From Octopus vulgaris (taxonomy: Eukaryota): DNA of 64,000 nt. The notes beneath the pieces are model-generated. The model had not been told where the DNA came from and ran no database searches. It worked only from the letters and a program-made list of their open reading frames with translations. The stretch lies in NCBI GenBank assembly GCA_951406725.2, contig OX597823.1:79670001-79734000 (forward strand). Reading direction: 5' to 3'. A program made the translations under genes and the position numbers. Below are positions 1-11,599 of this stretch, in pieces. How positions within the stretch are numbered: position 1 is the first letter of the stretch; each line of letters opens with the position of its first letter.

Positions 1-54
<54 letters not shown>

Positions 55-557
55 ACAGTAAGCAAATTGTTGCTCTTACGTTTATTTCGTTTCCATTACG
101 ATCGCAAAACAAGATCCATGAATGAATACAAATTATAATCAATTTGAATCATCATAGATCGTGTCCTTAGACAATTAATTAAAATACGACTCGGACCTAA
201 TTTAATATATGTTTCTAGATAAATATTATTAGATTTGAAAACAAAGTAGGACCAGATTATAATATCATAAGACTTCAATGACACAATTATTATATAGAAA
301 ATTGAGTTGAGTGTGCAGCGCTGATGTAGAAGCCCCAAACCCTTGGTATCAAGCAAGTTTAACTTAAAAGCAACTGAGTAACTACACACACATACCTAAA
401 TAACATATTTATTGGAGGAGTCACTAAGCATTCACTTGACTTGTTGGAAACTGTACCCAAATCTCTCTCAAATCGCATATCATTTCTTCCCTCTTAAATA
501 AGGAGGGTTACATTGGACTATGTTGTTTCAATATATCTATATATAAAGAAAGAAAGA

Positions 558-569
558 CATAGATAGATG

Positions 570-644
<75 letters not shown>
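558..644 (+). repeat. (GATA)n microsatellite; others include (GA)n 10-50, (TA)n 3640-3705 and 33034-33078, (GA)n 45544-45580
   Basis: Directly visible. Confidence 0.95.
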
Positions 645-646
<2 letters not shown>

Positions 647-658
647 AGTCCAATACAC

Positions 659-689
<31 letters not shown>

Positions 690-691
<2 letters not shown>

Positions 692-1340
692 CTTTAGTTT
701 GTCAGGTGCCTCTGGTTTTTTGGCGTAAGAGAATACAGCCTTAATGCCCTTGGTGTAAAAACATCCGAAAGCGGGTCATAGCCAAATGAGACAATACACA
801 AGATTCCATTTTTTTTTTCAGAGCGAAAGATATCGCTGTTTCGTCATTGTCTCGTTTGACTATTCCCTACTTTCGGGTGTTTTTACACCAAGGCCATTGA
901 GATTATATTCTCTTACACCTAAAAAGAAAACTCAGCCGCCCAACAAACTAACAACACACACCTCGTGTATGCGTTCGACTTTGTCTATATCTCTCGAGCT
1001 GCTTCTAATTAATATTTGAATTGTTTTTCTAGGACATGACATATTCAGATATGCCAGCAGATGGTTCTTAAGCCATTTAGCATATAGTCATAGCCAGTTG
1101 GACAGCTCACAGCAAGCCCCATGCTCGGGAGGTGGCATTGAGAAGCCACAACAATAATGAAATATTGATGTCTGTCGCTCCGAAAACAAGGAATCTGATG
1201 CGAGTTGTCTAACTTGAATATGGGCAGTTTTCAGGTGTTTTTACACTAAGGGTATTGAGATTGTATTCTCTTACACCTAAAAAACGAGGCCACCCGATAA
1301 ACTAACACTTCGTGCATGTGTGTTCGACTTGTTTATATAC
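690..1340. repeat. Three copies of a roughly 100-bp unit: one inverted (about 690-775) and two direct (about 870-990, 1230-1340)
   Basis: ggtgtttttacacyaagg..attgagatt.tattctcttacacctaaaaa recurs, with its reverse complement near 715-770. Confidence 0.7.
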
Positions 1341-1341
1341 C

Positions 1342-1375
<34 letters not shown>

Positions 1376-1384
1376 ATACGAAAC

Positions 1385-2835
1385 CACCTATAGGAAAAAC
1401 ACTTATGGGAAAAACCAGATAAAACCTAAACACCAACCTACTACGACAAAACAAAACTTCAGACCTCAAAACAACACCAAAAGAAATGCAGTTTTCTCTT
1501 ATAATAGACAAAGATACCTCAGTCCTATAAGAAACACAGATTTGCGATCATACGCAGATATAACAAGAAATAAGGTAACATACAACCCCAACTAAAGTAA
1601 AAATAGAACTCTCCAGAGACCAAATCATAAACCCAAACGAACCACACGAAACAAAGAAAAAATAATGAGTCAATCCCCAATCCACCAACCAATAACATGC
1701 TTACCTTTGAATAACCAACCTAAAATATTTACAAACAGAAAAATACAAAATTCCCGCATAAACGCTCCCAACTCGAGTGGAAATCATTATTTAAGACAGA
1801 TCTACCACACAAAAAATGGAAAAAAAACACCATTCTTCACGTGACATTAGAAAACAAACACATAAGTAAACCGAAAATACTAAATTTATCCACTAAGAAA
1901 TCATCTAAAGAAGAAATTAAACTCCTCGAAAATAGATTGAAAGTTATACCCAACCAAATTGAACTAATAAAAGACACAGAAGAATTTTGCCGAAAATTAC
2001 GATTGAGAGAATGTTTTTCTAAATACTGGATACACAGACGAATCACTGGTTAAAAACAGAACAGGATTCAGACTTGCTTTAAATAAAGACAAAAATTTAG
2101 AAGAATATACTAGCCACCTACGACGATCAGCTCAATCTAATATGACCGAGAGGAAATGCAAATCCAACATATCTAAATATCAATTGGAAGCATTAAACAA
2201 TTTACAAAAAGACACTTCGATAATTTTCAGAGAAACTGAGAAATGTGGGGCAATAGTTATCATGAACAAGAACCATTACAGAGATATGGTTATGACCAAC
2301 ACTTCTACAAGAAACTGAATAAAAACCATGAGCAAGATACATAGACTGGTCTCAAAGTATCGTAATGACTTAACTGAGGATGAAGTTAATTATTTAACCA
2401 ACTTCGAAGTAAAAACCAGTAACTTCTATGGACTACCCAAGATCCACAAACCAAAAGAAACACAAGACAACATAAAAGGAAACAGTTCAACATATGTCGA
2501 AATTCCGTAAATCCAGAGACTTCAAACTACGCCCAGTCATTGCAGGACCAGCATCCACTACACAACGTTTAAGTAACTGAATAGATCAGTGGTTTTCAAC
2601 CAGGGTTCCGCGGAACCTTAGGGTTCCGCCAGTACAGTCCAGGGGTTCCGCAAGAAGTTACAAAACTGCTAAAATCGGCAGTAATTTTTAATTTTCCTGT
2701 GTAGATACGTGTGGATAAGACTATTAAATTATTGCACAGGGGTTCCTCGAGCCGGTGGAATGTTTCCTTGGGGTTCCGCTCCAGCAAAAAGTTTGAAAAG
2801 CACTGGAATAGATATAATTCTAGAACTGTTATGCG
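1385..2835 (+). mobile_element. Degraded Penelope-like retroelement (RT N-terminal region)
   Basis: Fragments ILNLS...E..LL, TEKCGAIVIMN (ADKG-like), FYGLPKIHK and RPVIAGPAS, with frameshifts and stops. Confidence 0.8.
2587..2805. mobile_element. hAT-family MITE inserted in the Penelope-like fragment
   Basis: Ends cagtggttttcaa / ttgaaaagcactg; perfect 8-bp TSD gaatagat at 2579-2586 and 2806-2813. Confidence 0.9.
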
Positions 2836-2984
2836 TTAACAAAGGGATGTGGGTTTGACTCCCACGCGGATAGGAAAGCCTTCTTTTTTCTGTCGAGGGC
2901 TTAAATGCCCCTTTATTAGACTATTTTCATTAGTCATTGCACAGCGATCTCCATGATGAGGGTCTCGGCTGATATGATCATCGA

Positions 2985-3257
2985 AACAACTTGCTAGTGA
3001 AATTAACGTGCAAGTAGTTGAGCAATCTCCAGACAAGTGTACTCCAAACGTAATTATTAGGGGGATTCAGGGTGACACAGAGTGTGACAAGGCTGACCCA
3101 TTTGAAGAAAGGTACTACTCATTTTTGTCAGCTGAGTGGATTGGAGCAACGTGAAATAAAGTGTCTTGCTCAAGGACACAACGCGTCGCCAGGAATTGAA
3201 CTCACGACCTAACAATCGTGAGTCGAATGCCCTAACCACTAAACCACGTGCTTTCAC
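2985..3257 (-). mobile_element. tRNA-derived SINE (relatives at about 5758-5980 +, 20780-20890 -, 25540-25800 +)
   Basis: Minus strand has A-box-like tggtttagtggtt and B-box-like gagttcaattcc, then gtgtccttgagcaagacactt. Confidence 0.8.
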
Positions 3258-3286
3258 TATACATACATATATACATACATATATAC

Positions 3287-3319
<33 letters not shown>

Positions 3320-3321
<2 letters not shown>

Positions 3322-3637
3322 GTTGGAATTTACAAAAAACAAAACACGAAGAAAGGTGTGTAACCAACAAATAGGTGTGTTAGTTTAACGCTCAGGAAGG
3401 TGAGAAAGTCTTTTACGTTTCGAGCCTACGCTCTTCAACAGAAAGGAACACGAGAAAATAAACAGAGATAGAATAAAAAGGAAAGCTTTAGTAGCTAGCG
3501 GTCAATCATGGCGATAGCTAGACAGAGGTCATCAGACAGGAGAGCTAGGAAAAAGGAGAGATAATAAAGTAGTGGTGATCCCAAAACGAAGGTGCGCGTG
3601 CGTGCGTGTGAGAGCATGTTGTGCATGGGGATAGGGG

Positions 3638-3640
<3 letters not shown>
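3320..3640 (-). mobile_element. Penelope-like terminal repeat fragment carrying a minimal hammerhead-like motif
   Basis: Lies between microsatellites; minus strand cttt-CTGTTGA-a-gagc-gtag-gctc-GAAA-cgta-aaag. Confidence 0.55.
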
Positions 3641-3705
<65 letters not shown>

Positions 3706-3713
3706 CATTTCAC

Positions 3714-3807
3714 CGAGTCCAGCCAAGAGAGGTTTTACTAAATTGTTGACATAAAAATTTTTAAAAAAAACAAAAAAAAACAATAAATGAACTAAAATAA
3801 TCTCCAT
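3714..3807 (-). CDS. Possible first coding exon of a second gene, signal-peptide-like MEIILVHLLFFFVFFKNFYVNNLVKPLLAGL
   Basis: Strong acceptor at 3931-3932, ATGG start, phase-1 donor gtgaaa, relatively CpG-rich context; no downstream exon found and the hydrophobicity partly comes from a poly-T tract. Confidence 0.25.
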
Positions 3808-5980
3808 TTAATAATCGTCAACCGGAATTCTTTTCTCGCTCATGAGTTTGCTACTCGATAAAGTAATTCAAGATTGTTTCCCAGTAAAGTACTTCGTCCG
3901 TGTTTTGGGGGCGTTCGTTCTCGTACAATACTAAAATAAAAATGAAATGAAATAAATTAATTAATCTTCTATGGGATAGAGAGAGAGAGAGAGAGTGTAA
4001 AAAAAAACAAGGAAGCGATATCAGTGGAGATGAAAATAGAATAGAAATATCGGAAGCTCGAAGTTGGAACAAGAATTCAAACGTATGGTGAAATGAGGAA
4101 ATATTAAAATTGCTAATGCTTTTTATTGTTGCTATGATTAGTTAATTATTAATGCATTAATCCCCTTATACAGATTATTTCAGAGACAATGAATACAGAA
4201 ACTCGATTTAAAGAAAAGAAATTATTACACGAGGATATTTTCTTCTGTAGCAGAAATAAATAGAATAATTAATATTTTTTTGGACGATTCCTCAGAAAGA
4301 AACGGAGCAACAGCAGTTTAACATTCTTAAATGTTACAGCGACATGAAAATTCACACTTGTAGAAGAAGAAGAAGAAGAAGAAGACATTTCAATGCTGTT
4401 TTCAAATCATCTTTATTTTAAGAAACTGGAATGTAATCTTAACGAACGTGGGATTCAAGTCGAGATTAAATAGTTGAAAAACATGTGAAAATAAAAGTGG
4501 TATTTTTTTAATAAGATTCCCCCCAACCAAAAGACGAACAAAGGAGAATTTTAATCGCAACAAATTAGTCGTTGAGCAATAAAATAGGGTTAAAAAATAT
4601 CGAAGAAAAAACAAGCTACCCAAATGGTTTGTGCTTAAGTAACATTTATTAATCACATGCAAAAATAAACCTGTAAAGAGGAACACGTTTTTCGAAATTC
4701 CTGTTGCTTTTTTTCTTCAATTTTATCATGTGTTGCTTTTCTTTAAGACTGCATGCTAGCAGAACCGCTAGCAAGACGGACTAAATGCTTAACGGCTCTT
4801 CTTCCGGCTCTTCAAGTTCTGGTTTTAAATTTCACTGAGGTCAACTTTTACCTTTAAGAGTTGATAGAATAAGTACTTAGTTGAGCCCTGGAATCGTTAT
4901 AATCTGTTAGCCCCCTTCCTCCAAAATTTCAGGCGTTGCGTCAAGGGAAGAAAGAATTATTATTATTGCTATGTTAATAAGGCGGCGAGCTGGCTTCATC
5001 GTTGGTTTGCCGGACCGTTTTAAGCGACTCCATTTAACTGAACAATGCAATCATTGCATCAATTCAAATGCAATGCCATCTTCAGTTGCACAAAAAAAAA
5101 AAAGGAATTTTAACAAATAGGACACATTAATATAATTTTTCTCAATTACGCTATTGTAGCTAAGAATAGACTACAACTTCTAAGAATCGCATGGAGCATA
5201 GTGGGGTCATAGGGTTGTAAGGGATTGTAATTCATTTATCTCATCAACTACTAAATCAAAGACTAGAAGACTGTGTCTATTTTGAATAAAGGACTAGAGT
5301 TGAAACCTCATGGCTAGGTATGGTTATGAATATTATCGTATGTATCCCTTTTCCCCAGGGAGGAAATAAAACATTAGGAGTAGTCAATTGGATATAAGTA
5401 AATGTCTATAAAAAGAGGCAGGATAGGGGTAGACTTTGAATCATGATGTCAATTACCAGTTAAAGGGGCAAGCCGCTAAGAAACCTCATAAATAAAATAA
5501 AAACTGATTGTGCAAAAGTCAGAGCGAAAGGGTTAAACAAGACTCAATTAAGGCTAATGAACAATACATCATCCTCTTCACAGAAGGATGCTGTTCTTGT
5601 AGCCAACTGTTTCCTGTTTCCAAGCAAGGTGATATTTTCTAATCGCTGGGGAGGTTTCCATGAAAGATTATGAACATGGGACACTGCCTGTGTGATGGTG
5701 ATGCTCGTTTATAACTATCAAATAATGTCAAGACAAGACACACACACATATGTAGTGAAGAGGCATGTCCCAGTGGTTAGGGTTGGCACTCACGACTGTG
5801 AGATCGTGATCTCGATTCCCAGTCCGGACAGTTCGCTGTGCTCTTGAGCAAAACACTTCATATCACATTGCTCTGCGATCATTTTCACCTCCGATATGTG
5901 GCTCACTTCTGCACCTGTACAGGTAATGTCACTTTGATTGAGGGAGTGAGAGAAAGTGCAGCAGAAACATTTGGTCATCT

Positions 5981-6543
5981 AAGGCGGCGAGCTGGCAGAA
6001 ACGTTAGCATGCCGGGCGAAATGCTTAGCGGTATTTCGTCTGCGTTACGTTCTGAGTTCAAATTTCGGGATCGATAAATTAAGTACCAGTTACGCACTGG
6101 GGTCGATGTAATCGACTTAATACCTATGTCTGTCCTTGTTTGTCCCCTCTGTGTTTAGCCCCTTGTGGGTAATAAAGAAATAGGTATTTCGTCTGCACGC
6201 TACGATCTGAGTTCAAATTCCGCCGAGGTCGACTTTGCCTTTCATGGTCGATTAAATAAGTACCAGTTACGCACTGGGGTCGATATAATCGACTTAATCC
6301 GTTTGTCCCCTCTGTGTTTAGAGTACTACTCTACTCTATGTTTAGCCCCTTGTGGGTAGTAAAGAAATAGGTATTTCGTCTGTCTTTACCTTCTGAGTTC
6401 AAATTCCCCCGAGGTCGACTTTGCCTTTCATCCTTTCAGGGTCGATAAATTAAGTACCAGTTACGCACTGGGGTCGATGTAATCGACTTAATCCCTTTGT
6501 CTTTCCTTGTTTGTCCTCTTGTGGGCAATAAAGAAATAAGAAA
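5981..6543 (+). mobile_element. Head-to-tail array of three MetaSINE-like tRNA SINE copies
   Basis: Repeated gttctgagttcaaattcc / gcctttcatcctttc.gggtcgataaattaagtaccag / gtaaagaaata. Other family copies at about 4755-4955, 8600-8776, 16236-16450, 17130-17530, 23746-24156, 28494-28713, 31378-31590, 42375-42530, 49697-49928, 58870-59100. Confidence 0.85.
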
Positions 6544-6915
6544 CATTTGATCATTATAAACAAATCATGTGTGGTTGTTCAACAAAAAATTGCAAAACCT
6601 TCATCTGCTGTTTAATAACGGGATAGTCCATTATACACACAATTTATGGGATGCAGCTCTACATCGTTAACCAGCTAAAGATGTTCTCTTGGGGTTAAAA
6701 AAAATCGCAGCAGAGTCCGTTCGAATGGGCAGCCATGTTGAATTGGCTACGACTATTACTTGTCAGTACAACTACTGCATTGATCTCTTAGATATTAGAA
6801 CTAGCATATTTGCTTGTTGCAAAATCAGCGACTGTGTGTTCGCTTGACCGCGTGTGTACCGTTGGCGATTTTTTTTCCCTCTGTCTTCCCTTCTTTGGAT
6901 CTTTCCTTTTCCTAT

Positions 6916-6950
6916 GTTTCTGACGAAGAGCTCCGCTCGAAACGTTAAAC
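6916..6950 (+). ncRNA. Minimal hammerhead ribozyme motif inside a Penelope-like terminal repeat (about 6790-7052)
   Basis: gttt-CTGACGA-a-gagc-tcc-gctc-GAAA-cgtt-aaac: catalytic core boxes, 4-bp stem II, 4-bp stem I, palindromic ACGT stem III. Confidence 0.6.
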
Positions 6951-9016
6951 CCTCCTTCTTCCCTTCCTTCCTGAGAGTCCAATAATACTATATTTGTTCC
7001 ACGTCCTCGCGTTGTTGTGTTTTTCTCTTTGCGTTTTCATGTTTTGATTAACTATATATATATATATATATATTGCGAGCAGCATGGCCGTAGTCAAATG
7101 ACCGAAACAAAGACTAAAAGATTCGGTTTTATGGACTATGAAGGGTACAGATGCTTGATAAAGGTCCCTGCAGTAGAACTCTGATGATGCTTGGTGGTTT
7201 CAGAGCAACAAAATAATGAAGGCTGGACTATCATTGGGTGGTACAATTCCTTGAGAGGGAACTGGAAGTGAACCTTAGTGAATTTGGTACCCTAAACAAG
7301 GGTGGTTCAATTCTGGTACCAGTCATTTGATAGGAACCAAATTGAACTGAAATTTATAGGTACAGTTGTGGCTGTGTGGCAAGATCTCTGCTTCGCAATC
7401 ACATAGTTTTCGGTTCAGTCCCACTGTGTGGCACCTTGGGCAAATGTCTTCTACAATAGCCATGAGCCAACCACAGCCTCGTAAGTAGATTTAGTAAAGA
7501 GAAACTGAAAGAAGCCCCTCATATATATATATATATGTTTGTGTTTGCCTTCCATCACTATTCGACAACCAGTGTTGGTCTATGTCCCTGTGGCTTAATG
7601 GTTCAACAAGAGACCAGTAACTTAGACTAAATACTTCAAGATGGTGCCCCAGCTTGGTCGCAGTCCAATGACTAAAACAAGTAAAAAATATAAAGATGCC
7701 TTTTACCTACAAATCTGTGGCCTTGAGAGAGAAAGAGAGAGAGGCACACACACACACACACTACAAATGTATCTATATATATATATACATACATATATAA
7801 AACTGATATACAGAAGATAAATGAGATCTATTTATACACACACACATACATACAGTGATTGACAATAAAGTATGGAATGGTTGAAGTTAATATGGTTATT
7901 TACAAAACAGCAATTGGAATAATTTATACCACTTTTCTGCATACAAACACACATTCACATGCAATAAAAAAAAAAACGCAAATGCACATACTCTGACAGG
8001 TATTCACATAGTTTTGATATAAGGAGAAACAAAACATGGAGCAGACTGAACCTATCTCCTATACTATTCCAGCATTCTCCGAATTCTGATTCAATGCTGT
8101 AGAGTATTGCCAGGAATTCCAAACAAAACGCTTGTTAACAAATTAAAATCATGTCTGTTATTCGGTCTTTAATTATGATTTGTTTCTGGTTGTTTTTCCT
8201 TCTATTTTTTTTTTAAATATATTTTTTAATGTATGCAAAAAACACCAAATTGAATATCTAAAAAAAAAAGCACAAACATTCCAAGATAAAATAATTAATT
8301 TACTTCTTACTACTACAAAACAGATGCCAAAGTGATGTAACCTTCCCCAACATCATCCCTGATTCCACTCACTCCAACACACATGCATCAAAAAATAAAA
8401 AGAAAACAAAATTCAATTTTTGATAAATTTTCAGTTATTTTTTTTTTTACATAATCTTTATTAGATTTTATGCACAAATGCACATGTGTGTAAATAAACA
8501 CTAAACATGGTCATATAAACACATAAGTATATACAAATAAACACATACAATAATATGAAAGCATATACAGTAATATATACAGTAATATGAAAGCGGGCAG
8601 AAATGTTAGTACACCAAGCAAAATGCTTTACGTTCTGAGTTCAAATTCCGCCAAGGTCGACTTTGCCTTTCATCCCCTCAGGGTCGATAAATTAAGTACC
8701 AGTTGCATACTGGGGTCGACCTAATCGACTGGCCCCCTCCCCCAAAATTTTGGGCCTCGTGCCTAGAGTAGAAAAGGGTACTTTATGAGGACCCGCTTTA
8801 CTAGGCCCTAGGTTTACAAGTTTTATTTTATAATAAATATAAAAAGGTTAAACAGCCATTTTGTGTGTGTAGCAACACTGATTCTGATGCGTCTACACAG
8901 CAGCGTATAGCTGTAAAAGGATGGCATAAAAGATTCAATGTTTTACTATGTGCGTGCTCTTTGTTGAGAGAGATTACTACAAGCTAATTCTTCATGTCAC
9001 ATATTTTATACATGTA

Positions 9017-9530
9017 CTAGCAGTATCGCCCGGCGTTGCTCGGGCTTGTAAGGGAAATAACTATATAAGCATTTTTAGGGAGTTACTTCCCTTATAGATG
9101 CCAATTCGGGCTTTTTTAGCGATTTCTGTTTTGGTGTCTTCAAGCCATGAAGTCGTTGTTCTAAAAGAACGCTGGTCTCCTTGACAACGCTTTACGACGT
9201 TGATTTCCTTACACTCCCTTCCCCACAGCTTCACGAGGGAGGGAAGAAGGGGGGAGAAGCAAACAGGTGCAGGTGTGACCGTGGACGCCGACTCCGCCGC
9301 CATCGACACACGAAAAATTATGCATTAAAATGGAATAAAAAATGATGTTAAATTATTTTTAAAATCGTAGACTCATCGTAGACACGCTCTAATACTCAGA
9401 CGGGCTCGATATGAATCACGACTATAAGATGCCCGAATTTGGTTAAACTGCACCGCAAAATGTGGGAGTAGTTAGGAATCTAAATCGAAGGGGACAGACA
9501 CTCACACAACTAGAGTTTTATATATATAGA
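9017..9530 (-). mobile_element. Non-autonomous Helitron-like element
   Basis: Minus strand A|TC start and CTAG|T end, subterminal GC hairpin cccgagcaacgccggg, no TSD. Confidence 0.8.
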
Positions 9531-10392
9531 TAGATTTTCCACTTGATAAACTAGCACTGGTTTTAATTTTAAATCCCCAAATGCAATTCCTCCAAATAAT
9601 AATGTCAGTTGATATTTTGCAACTTTAAAACAAGGCAGCGCATTTGCGTTATTTACAGTTGACGGATAATTTTTTTTTTTTGCTCCTGTCGGTGTCCATT
9701 ACTCTATTACTTGTTTCAGTCATTTGACTGTGGCCATGCTGGGGCACCACCTTTAGTCGAGCAAATCAACCCCAGGACTTATTCTTTGGAAGCCTAGTAC
9801 TTATTCTATTGGTCTCTTTTGCCGAACTGCTAAGCTACGGGGACGTATACACACACACACACATACATATATATATACATATACTGCCAGATCTGACTGG
9901 CCTGGTGCAGCCTTCGGGCTCCCCAGACCCCAGTTGAACCGTCCAACCCATGCTAGCATGGAAAAACGGACGCTAAATGATGATGATGATGATGATGATG
10001 ACAACAGGCTTCTTTCAGTTTCCGTCTACCAAATCCACTCACAAAGCTTTGGTCGGCCCAAGGCTATAGTAGAAGACACTTGCCCAAGGTTCCACGCAGT
10101 GGGACTGAACCTGGAACCATGTGGTTCATCAGCAAGCTACTTACCATACAGCCACTCCTACACCATTGTACACTTTTGTTTTGACATATTGGGTGAGTTT
10201 AAAATATGCCGAAAATAATAGTGTAAATACATGTATATAGTTAACTTGTAATAATCTCTCTCAACAAAGAGTATGCACAAAGTAAAATAGTGAAATTTTA
10301 TGCCATCATTTTACTCTGATGGAGTGTGCAAATCTAATGTGAGTGAAAGTGATTCAGAAAACGATTATAATAATAATATTTTTTATTATAAA

Positions 10393-11566
10393 CTCGCAGT
10401 ATCGCCCAGCATTGCTCGGGTTTGTAAGAGAAATAACTATATAAGCATTTTTAGAGATGTAAAGTATAATAGCCATCTCAATATGGCTAACCACAAGGAG
10501 GGGGGTGTTACTGTAGCTTTTTACGTTCTGAGATTTAATAATAAACTCGCAGCATAGCCTGGCGTTGCCCGGGTATGTAAGAAACTTTGTCGATAAGCAA
10601 TGCTCTTTACCTTTTTACCCTTTTTTGTACTCATTGAACTGTTATTTGGTAAAATGAAACCTAAAAGGCATTAAGGCATTCAAGGCACCGTTCCCTTGCA
10701 TGCATGAAGAAGTAGGGAACATCTATGTGAACTTTCAAAAAATATCGCAGAAAAATCGGTTTGCTATGTGTGCCACATATGATGTAATTAACCGATTTTT
10801 TCCAGTAATAACGTATCCTATTGGATCAAAAAGGCCATATAGCTCCTTGGGGCAGACATGATGCTCGCTGTGAATTTCAAAAAAAATTCCTGCCAATTTG
10901 TTAAAGATATTGTCGAAAATATGTCATCTTGAATTTGAACGCGATTTCCCAAAATGGACTGATTTTATCGATTTTTTCTGATAGTAAGGTATTGCATGGA
11001 AAACTAACATCAGAATTAAGTTTCTTAGGGTAACATTAAGCTTCACCATGAGTTTGGTGAAAATCAATTGCAAGTTGCGAAAACTACAACGGAAAATGTG
11101 TTGCATATGATAAGCTTAGATTCTCGACCCCATGTTGAATTTATCGATTTTTTTCAGAACTGGGGGAACTTTTCAAAATTTTCGCTGCGTTAGTTTTGAA
11201 TAATGACATTGGGCTATGTGTGTGTCAAGTTTCATCAGAATCAGTTGAAAGCCGTGGTCAGGCTAAGGGTACAACCTGACAGACACACAGACAGACAAAC
11301 TGCCTTTTATATATAGAGAAGATTTTTAGAGAGTTACTTCCCTTATATATGCCAAAAATGCATTAAAAATGGGAAAAATTGATGGTAAATTTTTTTTTAA
11401 ATCATAGACTCATCATAGACGTGCGCTAATACCCAGAAGGGCTCGATATGAATCACGACTATAAGATACCCGGTTTTGGTTAAACTGCACCGCAAAATGT
11501 GGGAGTAGTTAGGAATCTAAATCGTAGGAGACAGACAGCACACAACCTTACTTTTATATATAAAGA
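10393..11566 (-). mobile_element. Helitron-like element with a second Helitron-like element (10546-11322) nested inside
   Basis: Outer part matches 9017-9530; two 3'-end motifs (10393, 10546) and two TC-start ends (11322, 11566); inner 5' part recurs at about 41226-41540. Confidence 0.75.
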
Positions 11567-11599
11567 TGATCTTGAGATTCTTTTTACATTACATAAAAT

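Noticed and set aside
96-389. 97-aa ORF as the next exon of the 3714-3807 candidate
   Set aside because: The phase-compatible frame stops before the gtaaga donor near 79, and the peptide resembles nothing I recognise.
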